A DNA stretch of 39,698 nt from an uncultured Saprospiraceae bacterium. GTDB lineage: Bacteria > Bacteroidota > Bacteroidia > Chitinophagales > Saprospiraceae. Below are positions 18,299-26,743 of this stretch, piece by piece. Below the pieces are notes generated by a model. It saw nothing but the letters and a program-made list of their open reading frames with translations. It had not been told where the DNA came from and ran no database searches. The translations under genes and the position numbers were made by a program. Location: the NCBI GenBank assembly GCA_964564885.1, contig CAZMEH010000109.1:1-39698 (forward strand), in the 5' to 3' direction. Within the stretch, counting starts at the first letter, position 1. Each line of letters begins with the position of its first letter.

Positions 18299-20032
18299 AT
18301 GCAGTTAAGCGAACAGGAAATCGTCAGAAGGGAAACCTTACAAAAAATCATTGACTTAGGAGTTGAGCCATATCCAGCAGCAAAATTTGATGTTGATTTT
18401 CAATCTACGGAAATCACAACCGCTACGTTTCAGAAGAATTTAAAACAGAAACTAGCAGACATTAAAGGCATTGGAGAAGCAGGCGCAGCAACGGTTTTAA
18501 CTGCATTGTTGAAAAATCGTTTCAAAGGAGCGCAAGCACTTACGGATGAAACAGTCGTTGCTTTAGGCATTGGCGAAACCATCGAATTTGACGAAAGCGT
18601 TGGACGAGAAGCAATGTTGTTTGACGATTATGCTAAAGAAATCAAAGACAGTGCATTAGGCGAATATTCAACAATAAATAGACCTTCTGTAAGTATTGCA
18701 GGTCGATTTATGGGACAACGTGGCCCGTTTGCACAATTGCAAGATGCTAATGGCAGCATTCAATTATACATTAATAAAAAAGAATTAGGTGCTGCAACTG
18801 GTGAAGTTGATAAATATAAAAAATTAGTCAAATTACTTGACATCGGTGATTACATCGGTATTCAAGGGTATTTATTTTCAACAGGAATGGGCGAAGTTTC
18901 TATTCATGTTACGGAACTACGCTTTTTGTCTAAAACGCTTCGACCGTTGCCAGTTGTAAAGCGTGATAAAGAAGGAAAAGTATTCGATGAATTTAAGGAT
19001 CCAGAATTGCGCTATCGTATGCGTTATGTGGATTTGACGGTTAATCCTCAGTATAAAGAGATTTTCATCAAGCGTTCAAAAGTGATTACGTCAATGCGTA
19101 ATTTCTTTGTAGAAAAAGGCTGGATGGAAGTAGAAACACCAATTTTGCAACCGATTCATGGTGGCGCTGCGGCTCGTCCATTTGAAACGTATCACAACAC
19201 GCTTGATATGCCGTTGTATTTGCGTATTGCAAATGAATTGTACTTGAAGCGTTTAATCGTTGCTGGTTTCGATGGTGTATTTGAATTTGCGAAAATGTTC
19301 CGTAACGAAGGAATGGACAGAACGCACAATCCTGAGTTTACGGCAATGGAAATCTATGTAGCTTACAAAGACTACATTTGGATGATGGAAATGGTGGAGA
19401 ACTGTTTGGAACACATTGCAATGTCTGTAAACGGTACAACAAAAGCACCATATGGTGATAATATCGTCGACTTCAAAGGACCTTACCGTCGTTTGACTAT
19501 GTACGATTCTATCAAAGAATATACAGGAATTGATGTTTCTGAAATGGATGAAGAAGGCATGAGAGCAGTTTGTAAACAATTGCATATAAAAATAGATGCT
19601 TCTATGGGTAAAGGTAAATTGGTAGATGAAATCTTTGGCGAAAAAGTCGAAGCTAATCTAATTCAACCAACTTACATTACTGATTATCCTGTTGAAATGT
19701 CACCTTTAGCGAAGAAACACCGAACTAAAGAAGGTTTGGTTGAGCGTTTTGAATTATTCATCAACGGTAAAGAAATCGCTAATGCGTATTCTGAGTTGAA
19801 TGACCCGATTGCTCAACGTAAACGTTTTGAAGACCAGTTGAATCTTGCCGAACGTGGCGATGATGAAGCGATGGTTTTGGATGAAGATTTCTTACGTGCT
19901 TTGGAATATGGAATGCCGCCAACGTCTGGTTTGGGTATCGGAATTGACCGCCTTGTAATGATGTTGACTAATCAACGTTCTATTCAAGAAGTGTTATTTT
20001 TCCCTCAAATGAAGCCTGAAAGTAATGGATAG
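18299..20032 (+). CDS. lysS: Lysine--tRNA ligase (class II) with N-terminal insertion
   Basis: Colinear with class II LysRS: '[10 protein letters not shown]', '[21 protein letters not shown]', '[20 protein letters not shown]', '[14 protein letters not shown]'. There are ~70 extra residues before the OB-fold. Confidence 0.97.
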   Translation: MQLSEQEIVRRETLQKIIDLGVEPYPAAKFDVDFQSTEITTATFQKNLKQKLADIKGIGEAGAATVLTALLKNRFKGAQALTDETVVALGIGETIEFDESVGREAMLFDDYAKEIKDSALGEYSTINRPSVSIAGRFMGQRGPFAQLQDANGSIQLYINKKELGAATGEVDKYKKLVKLLDIGDYIGIQGYLFSTGMGEVSIHVTELRFLSKTLRPLPVVKRDKEGKVFDEFKDPELRYRMRYVDLTVNPQYKEIFIKRSKVITSMRNFFVEKGWMEVETPILQPIHGGAAARPFETYHNTLDMPLYLRIANELYLKRLIVAGFDGVFEFAKMFRNEGMDRTHNPEFTAMEIYVAYKDYIWMMEMVENCLEHIAMSVNGTTKAPYGDNIVDFKGPYRRLTMYDSIKEYTGIDVSEMDEEGMRAVCKQLHIKIDASMGKGKLVDEIFGEKVEANLIQPTYITDYPVEMSPLAKKHRTKEGLVERFELFINGKEIANAYSELNDPIAQRKRFEDQLNLAERGDDEAMVLDEDFLRALEYGMPPTSGLGIGIDRLVMMLTNQRSIQEVLFFPQMKPESNG

Positions 20033-20074
20033 TTGGAAGCCTGCCTGTCGTGCCTTTGGCAGGCAGGTGAACAA

Positions 20075-20090
20075 TCCCGAGCTTTCGGGA
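20075..20090. repeat. TCCCGA-N4-TCGGGA hairpin module
   Basis: TCCCGA GCTT TCGGGA, directly after a second hairpin CCTGCCTG...CAGGCAGG (20040-20067) downstream of lysS. Confidence 0.9.
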
Positions 20091-20114
20091 CAAGATTGAA
20101 AATCATTGATATGG

Positions 20115-20147
20115 AAACCTGTTGAGCTATTTGCTTGGCAGGTTTTT
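20115..20147 (+). terminator. Probable terminator downstream of lysS
   Basis: AAACCTG...CAGGTTT stem followed by TTTGTATTTTT. Confidence 0.5.
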
Positions 20148-20188
20148 GTATTTTTAGGAAAGCCTTTTTATAAAATCAATTTTACCTT

Positions 20189-20473
20189 ATGAAAAACATT
20201 CTTGCTTTATCAATATTAATTTGTTTACTCAGTTGTAATTCAGAAGAACGAACTCATGATGCGTTACAAGGTTTTTGGTGGAATGGTTTATCTAGTGCGA
20301 TGTACTTTAATGATAGTACATGTATAGCACAGGGAGGTAATTTTAAGGTTTCTAATTTTGAAATAATTTCTGACAATAAATTAGCTTTTTATCAAAATAA
20401 TGAAAAGATAGCTATTCAAGAGTTTAGATTCAATAACGACACATTGGGAACTTGTCTAAAAACTCACTGCTAA
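20189..20473 (+). CDS. Small putative lipoprotein
   Basis: 94-aa ORF with a signal peptide ending in the lipobox-like 'LLSC'. No family recognised. Confidence 0.55.
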   Translation: MKNILALSILICLLSCNSEERTHDALQGFWWNGLSSAMYFNDSTCIAQGGNFKVSNFEIISDNKLAFYQNNEKIAIQEFRFNNDTLGTCLKTHC

Positions 20474-20488
20474 TCTCTTGACAAACCA

Positions 20489-20504
20489 TCCCGAGTGCTC
20501 GGGA
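20489..20504. repeat. TCCCGA-N4-TCGGGA hairpin module
   Basis: TCCCGA GTGC TCGGGA, followed by a 16-bp-stem AT-rich hairpin at 20516-20551. Confidence 0.9.
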
Positions 20505-20856
20505 TACTTCAGCTATTTTTATTTTGGTAGCTTTGGCTACTAAAATAAAAATGAGCTTCGTTTTGAAAATCAAGCGTTTATCAATAGTTTTAGCATGAGT
20601 TCTTAAACAAGTTCTGGAAATTAGAGATACCTTAGGCTAATTAGTCTATGATTTTTCTTATTGGCATAGTTTATCTCGTTATAGGAAAATTGAATCCATA
20701 AATACAGATACTTTTAGTCAGATATATCTTTCATATTCTGGAGAGTTTTTAAGTTTCAATCTCTATGTTGATAATGAATATAATTACCTATTAGACATCA
20801 AATTTTTTGGAAAAATTAAAGCAGGTAAATATAAAGGAACTATTCAAGAGGAATTA

Positions 20857-21213
20857 ATGCCTTATTTGAATGCTATGATTAATAGAACAGAATTGTTAGA
20901 GGAAAACTCTTTTAGTGATAGAATGAATGCTTGTTATCCATCTTGGGCAGCTTTTGTTTATACAACAGGTGGAAAAAAATATAATGTGCAGAACAATTAT
21001 AAAGATGATCAAAGATATATATTTCGATTTGGCTCTATAATGATGGGCTTTCCTTTTTTATTAGATTTGAAAGAAGGTGAATTTGGAGATGAGCTAGAAA
21101 TTATAAAAGAGTTTCGCAGAAATGAAGATGAAAGAGGCTGGAAAGAATGGAAAGCGAAAACATTAAAAGAGGATCAGTTTTTAGGCTTTATATCTAGATC
21201 TTCTATTAATTGA
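20857..21213 (+). CDS. Hypothetical protein; possibly the 3' part of a degraded gene
   Basis: 118-aa ATG ORF. The same frame stays open upstream to 20641 without any ATG/GTG/TTG. An in-frame ATG at 20551 is separated from it by two stops (TGA 20596, TAA 20638). Confidence 0.4.
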   Translation: MPYLNAMINRTELLEENSFSDRMNACYPSWAAFVYTTGGKKYNVQNNYKDDQRYIFRFGSIMMGFPFLLDLKEGEFGDELEIIKEFRRNEDERGWKEWKAKTLKEDQFLGFISRSSIN

Positions 21214-21551
21214 ATAGGCGTAATTTCTCGTAATCGTGCTAGTCTTCTAATGTTAATAATACGTTCTACATTAAGTGCTTCTGCTTCGTTGATGATTGTC
21301 ATCAATTCTTGGTGTTCTGTTTCTGTAAGAGTTTCGGCAACTCTTTTTTTCCAGAGTTCCGTTTTTCGTTGGTGTTTCTCAGGATTTAATCCTACGGTGA
21401 CGTTTTTTAATAAAGTAGCTTCTTGATCTTCAAGGTTAGTAGCTACTCGTTTAGCACGAATTTGTAAGATTTTTTGGATATAATCCTCTAATACAGAAGT
21501 TTCTAACTGTTCCGCACCTTTTACTAATTCACTTATTGTAACTAATGACAT
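21174..21551 (-). CDS. Hypothetical helical protein (antitoxin-like, tentative)
   Basis: The ORF track starts at 21599; Met17 (MSLVTISEL..., 21551) is preferred. The pattern 'GLNPEKHQRKTELWKKRVAETLTETEHQELMTIINEAEALNVERI..LARLREITPIQLIEDLDIKP' recalls a small conserved hypothetical family. Its 3' end overlaps the convergent ORF by 40 bp. Confidence 0.5.
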   Translation of the reverse strand: MSLVTISELVKGAEQLETSVLEDYIQKILQIRAKRVATNLEDQEATLLKNVTVGLNPEKHQRKTELWKKRVAETLTETEHQELMTIINEAEALNVERIINIRRLARLREITPIQLIEDLDIKPKN

Positions 21552-21629
21552 ATGGAATGATTTTAATATAAACATAGCGGTTTTTGAAGAGAAGTTCAAG
21601 TACTATACATTAAAATCATAAAGAATAAT

Positions 21630-21680
21630 AAATCGGGTCGATTTCCAAAACTGACCCAATTTCCAAAACCGACCCGATTT
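21630..21680 (-). terminator. Hairpin just after the ompA-family stop codon
   Basis: Perfect 11-bp arms AAATCGGGTCG / CGACCCGATTT. They enclose a direct 18-nt duplication (ATTTCCAAAACTGACCC / ATTTCCAAAACCGACCC). Confidence 0.5.
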
Positions 21681-21688
21681 ATCAATCA

Positions 21689-24529
21689 TTAATCTACTAT
21701 TTGAACAATTTTCATTTCCACACGCTGGTTTTTCTTACGACCACCAACTGTTTTATTATCCGCAATAGGTTTTGTTTTACCATAACCATGCGATTGAATT
21801 CTTGTTTTTGAAATACCCTTACTAATCAAAAATCCCTTCACTTCTTTCGCTCGACCATCAGACAATTGATTTGCAAATTCATGGCTACACCAACTATTTG
21901 TATGTCCGCCAATTTCAACAATCAGATTAGGATGTTGCGTTAAAAATGCTAAAACCTTGTCCAATTCATTGCGAGAACCTTCTTTAAGCGTCATTTCGTT
22001 AGCGTCAAAGAAAATATTATTCATCGGAATAATTTCACCGACTTTCAATGGAACAACGACAACATCTTCTTCGTCAACAGGCGGTTCTTCTGTGGGTTTC
22101 AACTTGTCAGCATATTCCTCTTCTAGTTGCGCACGAATTTTTGTTTCCAATTCTCTACGAATCTGCGTTTCCATTTCTTTCTTAATACGATATTCCATCT
22201 GATCCCGAAGTTCCCGTTTTACCTCTTCTTCCAATTCCTCCCGTAATTCTTTTTCCACTTCTGCACGCATTTCATCTGTCAACTCACTTCTCAAATCATC
22301 TTCTACACCAGATTGCAGTTTCTTTTTTAAATCCGCTTTGACCTCCTCCTCTAGCGTTGCTTTCAAATCATTTTCAACCCTTTGCTTCAAATCATCTTCT
22401 AAATGAATGCGCATTTCATCTTCCAAATCTTCCCGAACATCATCAATCATATCTCGTTTGAGTTCTGATTTGACATCACTACGCAATTCTTCTTTTAAAC
22501 GTTCTCTGACTTCTTCCTTTAATGCTTCTGTATCAACATCCGTTGTTGGCGTAGTTCTTCTTACTAGTCGCTCTGGAACATCGGGTGTCTCAGGCGTTTC
22601 GGGTGTTTCAGGTACTTCCGCAATAGGTTCTTCTTCCACTTCTTCACCATTTAGAATCCTAAGTTTTCTTTTCAGTGCTTCATTTTCATCATCTGTTATA
22701 CTAGAAGTTTCTGTTTTCGTTGGCGTTCGCTTTTTTGAAGAAGTGCTAGTTGTTGTAGCTGTAGTTCTTGGTTTTGTAGATTCCGTTTCATCATAATCAT
22801 TATCCAAATGACGGTTATATTTCTTTTTTAAACGCTCTAATTCTGGGTCAACCTTAGCCGTTGTGGTCGTCGTTGTAGTTGTTCTTGTTTTCGGTTTATC
22901 ATACGTTGGTTTGCGATAAGTCGGCTTATCGTACGTTGTAGGTTTATCACGAGGCACTTCTACCCTATCGGCTGTTTCACTTCCTCTATCTTCAATTTTC
23001 GTCAATTCTTCATTCAAACGTTTTAAACGTTCTTTCAAGTTATCAACTTCTTTTTGAAGCATCGGATCATCATTGATAACGACAATATCTCCGTCAAGTT
23101 CTTCTTCAAAATCTTCAACAATATCATTGTCAATCAACATGACAGGATCTGGGCGTGCTTCTTTTGGCAATCGAATACGAAATAAATCCGATTGACCATT
23201 TGACCTAAAATCAGACGAAAAATAAGCATAATCACCAGATGCAGGAATCGTATAATTGTAATCATTGCCAGGCGTATTAATATCCCGACCCAAGTTTTTG
23301 GGTGTTGACCAATTCTCCCAACTATCATCTAATCGACGACTCATATACATATCTAAACCGCCATAACCAGCAAAACCATTACTAGAAAAATAAATAGTTC
23401 GATTGTCTGCTGCCAGAAAAACACTGCTTTCCATTCCAACCGAATTAATAACTTTTCCTAGACTTTTGGGTTCAGACCATTCATTACCTCCTTTTCTAAA
23501 AGAAACATACAAATCTCTGTCACCTTCGCTGTCGTCTCGTTGCACTGCCATCAATAAAATATTCCCATTCATACTGACATGATAACCGACAAAAGGGCTA
23601 TCATTATACATGTTTTCGATATTCAAAGTTACAGGTTTGCCCCAAGCATTTCCACGACGTTTAGCAACAGCAACGCCATCTTTTTCGCCTCTTTTATATG
23701 CACTAGTCACATAAACTTTACTATTGTCAGGACTTATAGCGATAACAAAATTGTGTAAATCGTTATTCAATGGTTCACCAATATTTTTAACCTTCACCCA
23801 ATTATCATCATAAGTGTTTTGAGCAATCCAGATGTCATCTTTGTTTTCTGCTCCAGTATTTTCTGGATGATGTTTTCTTGCAAAAAACAGCGTATTGCCA
23901 TCAGGTGAAATAACGGGCACTCGCTCTGCATATTTAGAATTAATTAATCGGCCAAGGTTTTCAGCACGCTCAACGCCTTCTGCATAAGTTAATGTGTTGA
24001 TTTTAGATTTGATTGTTTCATTTCCATTTGAAATAGCAATCGCATCTATTTGATTGAAACCTTTAATGGCACTCGTTTTCAAATAGACTTTCATACCGAC
24101 TACTTTGTAATCCGTAAAAGTGATTTTTTTAGCAAAAATACGTGTCGGTGTATATGCTGGACGAAATGAAGAAGCTTCGTACACCTTATGTGATTTGCCT
24201 CTGGTATCAATTAGGTCAACTCGACGAATTGCACCTGGATTAAGGCTTTCAACGATAGCGAATTGGCGAACCTTCATTGGTATTCCAAATTCAACATGAA
24301 TGAACTCTTCTCGATTGCCATTTGCCGCTTCTGGAGACCACGAATACGGACTATCAGAAAAGCCAGACATTGCATTTGGAGGACCTAAAGCTTGCTTTGC
24401 GGCATAGAACTCGTCTTCCAATTGAGAGGAATAACGTACTACTCTACTCGCCCATTGAGTTGTTTTTTGTGCAGATACTTCTATTACAAAACTCGATAAA
24501 ATGATTATAGTTATTATCCAATTTTTCAT
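21689..24529 (-). CDS. OmpA-family protein: signal peptide, TolB-like beta-propeller repeats, long charged/low-complexity spacer, OmpA peptidoglycan-binding domain
   Basis: Signal peptide 'MKNWIITIIILSSFVIEVSAQ' from Met33 (24529); upstream codons run through repeat modules. PD40-like repeats ('SPDGNTLFFA', 'ISPDNSKVYV', 'FLAADNRTIYFSS') and a C-terminal OmpA-like domain ('IFFDANEMTLK...GGHTN...GRKKNQRVEMKI'). Confidence 0.9.
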   Translation of the reverse strand: MKNWIITIIILSSFVIEVSAQKTTQWASRVVRYSSQLEDEFYAAKQALGPPNAMSGFSDSPYSWSPEAANGNREEFIHVEFGIPMKVRQFAIVESLNPGAIRRVDLIDTRGKSHKVYEASSFRPAYTPTRIFAKKITFTDYKVVGMKVYLKTSAIKGFNQIDAIAISNGNETIKSKINTLTYAEGVERAENLGRLINSKYAERVPVISPDGNTLFFARKHHPENTGAENKDDIWIAQNTYDDNWVKVKNIGEPLNNDLHNFVIAISPDNSKVYVTSAYKRGEKDGVAVAKRRGNAWGKPVTLNIENMYNDSPFVGYHVSMNGNILLMAVQRDDSEGDRDLYVSFRKGGNEWSEPKSLGKVINSVGMESSVFLAADNRTIYFSSNGFAGYGGLDMYMSRRLDDSWENWSTPKNLGRDINTPGNDYNYTIPASGDYAYFSSDFRSNGQSDLFRIRLPKEARPDPVMLIDNDIVEDFEEELDGDIVVINDDPMLQKEVDNLKERLKRLNEELTKIEDRGSETADRVEVPRDKPTTYDKPTYRKPTYDKPKTRTTTTTTTTAKVDPELERLKKKYNRHLDNDYDETESTKPRTTATTTSTSSKKRTPTKTETSSITDDENEALKRKLRILNGEEVEEEPIAEVPETPETPETPDVPERLVRRTTPTTDVDTEALKEEVRERLKEELRSDVKSELKRDMIDDVREDLEDEMRIHLEDDLKQRVENDLKATLEEEVKADLKKKLQSGVEDDLRSELTDEMRAEVEKELREELEEEVKRELRDQMEYRIKKEMETQIRRELETKIRAQLEEEYADKLKPTEEPPVDEEDVVVVPLKVGEIIPMNNIFFDANEMTLKEGSRNELDKVLAFLTQHPNLIVEIGGHTNSWCSHEFANQLSDGRAKEVKGFLISKGISKTRIQSHGYGKTKPIADNKTVGGRKKNQRVEMKIVQIVD

Positions 24530-24558
24530 GGTTGTGGTGTGTAATGTAGAATTAGGAA

Positions 24559-24574
24559 TCCCGAGCAATCGGGA
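24559..24574. repeat. TCCCGA-N4-TCGGGA hairpin module
   Basis: TCCCGA GCAA TCGGGA, 30 nt upstream of the ompA-family start, followed by the ACGAAT-word block at 24582-24610. Confidence 0.9.
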
Positions 24575-24931
24575 CAGGTTAAGAATTACGAATGACGAAT
24601 TATGAATGTCTTCTTTATTCGTCATTTAATTCTATCGCTAACTTCCATCATCTACTTTAGTTATTTACTGATTGCGTTTCATCTTGTTTTTATCTATATT
24701 TTTCTAATCAGTAATTACAGGTTTTAAAATTGTAAGGTATAGAGTCTGGGTGCAAAAAGAGAAAACTAAATTCTTGTATAAATGGGTTATTTTATATTTT
24801 GAATTATCTATTTTTATATAACGGTTAAATTTTATATTTATCGTACAAATGTTTGAAAAACCTTGATATTAACGTTTGATAATTAAAAATGAAAAGGGTA
24901 TTATTTGTTTATTTCTGACAGCTGTAGGCAA

Positions 24932-24965
24932 TCTGACAGCGGAGCGATCTGGCTTCTGATTTCTC
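24932..24965. repeat. 34-nt TCTGACAGCG...CTTCTGAYTTCTC repeat (copy 1)
   Basis: 29/34 identical to 32983-33016. It is preceded by another TCTGACAG at 24914-24921. Confidence 0.88.
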
Positions 24966-25047
24966 AAATATATAGCAGTATGAATAATAATATCATCTAA
25001 ATTTCTGGTTCTGCCGAGTCTATTCGTTTGAAAGACTGAATTTTCAC

Positions 25048-25055
25048 TATTTTTG
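25048..25055 (+). promoter_or_regulatory. Bacteroidota -7 box (TAnnTTTG), prfC promoter
   Basis: TATTTTTG lies 20 nt upstream of the prfC ATG. Confidence 0.5.
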
Positions 25056-25074
25056 CAGCCTAAATAAGAAAGAA

Positions 25075-26652
25075 ATGGATTTTAAGACAGAATTGAATCG
25101 TAGAAAAACCTTTGGTATTGTTAGTCACCCAGATGCTGGTAAAACAACTCTTACGGAGAAGTTATTATTATTTGGTGGTGCAATACAAACTGCGGGTGCG
25201 GTGAAATCCAATAAGATAAAGAAAAGTGCTACTTCGGATTTTATGGAAATTGAGCGTCAGAGAGGTATTTCTGTAGCCACATCCGTTATGGCTTTTGAGT
25301 ATAGAAATCAGAAAATCAATATTCTTGATACGCCTGGTCACCAAGATTTTGCAGAGGATACTTACCGAACGCTTACGGCAGTCGATAGCGTAATCGTTGT
25401 GATTGATGTAGCAAAAGGTGTGGAAACACAAACCGAGAAATTAGTCAAGGTTTGTAGAATGCGAGATACGCCAATCATCGTTTTTATTAATAAACTTGAC
25501 CGTTCTGGTAAAGATGCCGTAACGCTGCTAGATGAAATTGAAGAAAAATTAGGTCTGAATGTTTGTCCATTATCTTGGCCAATCGGAATGGGGCGAACCT
25601 TCAAAGGCGTTTACAATATGTACGAAAAGAAGTTGAACTTATTTAGTGCGCATGGTAAACAGAGTGATGAGGAAACGATTGTCCTAGAAGATTTGGATAG
25701 CGAAGAATTAGAAACTTACGTGGGAGATTTGGCAGATGAGCTGCGTGAAGAAGTCGAAATAGCAGAAGCTGTTTATCCAGAATTTAATAGAGAAGATTAT
25801 TTGTCAGGTGACATATCGCCAGTGTTTTTTGGAAGTGCGATTAACAATTTTGGTGTGAAGGAATTGTTGGATTGTTTCGTTGAGATTGCACCAGCGCCAC
25901 TTCCTCGTGAAACAGAGGAGCGTATAGTTGACCCGATGGAAGATAAATTTACAGGTTTTGTTTTCAAAATTCATGCGAATATTGACCCAAAACACCGTGA
26001 TAGAATTGCTTTTGTACGGGTTTGTTCTGGAACGTTTGAACGTAACACTAACTATTTGCACATTCGCAAACAGAAAAAATTGAAGTTCTCGAATCCAACT
26101 TCTTTCATGGCGGCTAAGAAATCTATTGTCGATATCGCTTATCCTGGTGATATTGTCGGTTTATATGATTCGAATAATTTCGTCATTGGAGATTCATTGA
26201 CGGAAGGCGAACAATTACATTTTAAAGGAATTCCAAGTTTCTCACCAGAGCAATTCCGTTATGTCAATAATAAAAATCCAATGAAAGCGAAGCAATTCAA
26301 CAAAGGATTGAAACAGCTGATGGATGAAGGTGTAGCGCAATTGTTTACCAAGGAATTTAATAATAGAAAAATTATTGGAACCGTTGGAGCACTTCAATTT
26401 GAAGTTATACAATATCGACTAGAGCATGAATATGGTGCGATGGTTTCTTACGAAGGTTTGAGTTTGCACAAAGCTTGTTGGGTTTCGTCAGAAGACGAGG
26501 AGTCTTTAAAATCATTCTGTAAACTAAGAAGACAAGATATAGCGACAGACACTCGTGGTAAATTGGTTTTCCTTGCGCCGAGTAATTATATCATGGAAAT
26601 GGTTCAAGAGAAATATCCTAAAATTCAATTTCACACAAAGTCTGAATTTTAA
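25075..26652 (+). CDS. prfC: Peptide chain release factor 3
   Basis: 525 aa with 'RRKTFGIVSHPDAGKTTLTEKLLLFGGAIQTAGAVK', 'DTPGHQDF', 'NKLDR' and RF3-type C-terminal domains. Confidence 0.97.
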   Translation: MDFKTELNRRKTFGIVSHPDAGKTTLTEKLLLFGGAIQTAGAVKSNKIKKSATSDFMEIERQRGISVATSVMAFEYRNQKINILDTPGHQDFAEDTYRTLTAVDSVIVVIDVAKGVETQTEKLVKVCRMRDTPIIVFINKLDRSGKDAVTLLDEIEEKLGLNVCPLSWPIGMGRTFKGVYNMYEKKLNLFSAHGKQSDEETIVLEDLDSEELETYVGDLADELREEVEIAEAVYPEFNREDYLSGDISPVFFGSAINNFGVKELLDCFVEIAPAPLPRETEERIVDPMEDKFTGFVFKIHANIDPKHRDRIAFVRVCSGTFERNTNYLHIRKQKKLKFSNPTSFMAAKKSIVDIAYPGDIVGLYDSNNFVIGDSLTEGEQLHFKGIPSFSPEQFRYVNNKNPMKAKQFNKGLKQLMDEGVAQLFTKEFNNRKIIGTVGALQFEVIQYRLEHEYGAMVSYEGLSLHKACWVSSEDEESLKSFCKLRRQDIATDTRGKLVFLAPSNYIMEMVQEKYPKIQFHTKSEF

Positions 26653-26671
26653 TTAAAGAAGTACTTGAAAA

Positions 26672-26719
26672 TAAGGGTCGGACGCCTCATCCCGATAGGG
26701 ATCGGGAGTCCGCCCCTTA
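26672..26719. repeat. Compound hairpin with TCCCGA-N6-TCGGGA core (26690-26707)
   Basis: Outer arms TAAGGGTCGGAC / GTCCGCCCCTTA (one mismatch) enclose TCCCGA TAGGGA TCGGGA. The structure sits between the prfC stop and the MFS start. Confidence 0.9.
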
Positions 26720-26743
26720 TTCGTTTCATTTATAATTTAAATC

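Noticed and set aside
20857-21599. Toxin-antitoxin pair formed by ORFs 20857-21213 and 21174-21599
   Set aside because: The two ORFs are convergent with overlapping 3' ends, not co-transcribed. Neither shows a recognisable toxin fold motif.
20189-21600. Genomic island, prophage or defence island
   Set aside because: No integrase, transposase, tRNA attachment site, restriction, Cas or other defence signature genes were found. There are only small hypothetical ORFs bounded by the generic repeat hairpins.
22407-22796. 129-aa Ser-rich plus-strand ORF, plus 21957-22202
   Set aside because: Both are antisense shadows of the Glu/Lys/Thr-rich repetitive region of the ompA-family gene, with no independent signals.
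24530-24625. N-terminal extension of the ompA-family ORF (track start 24625)
   Set aside because: The extension covers the TCCCGA hairpin (24559-24574) and the ACGAAT word block. A canonical signal peptide starts at Met33 (24529).
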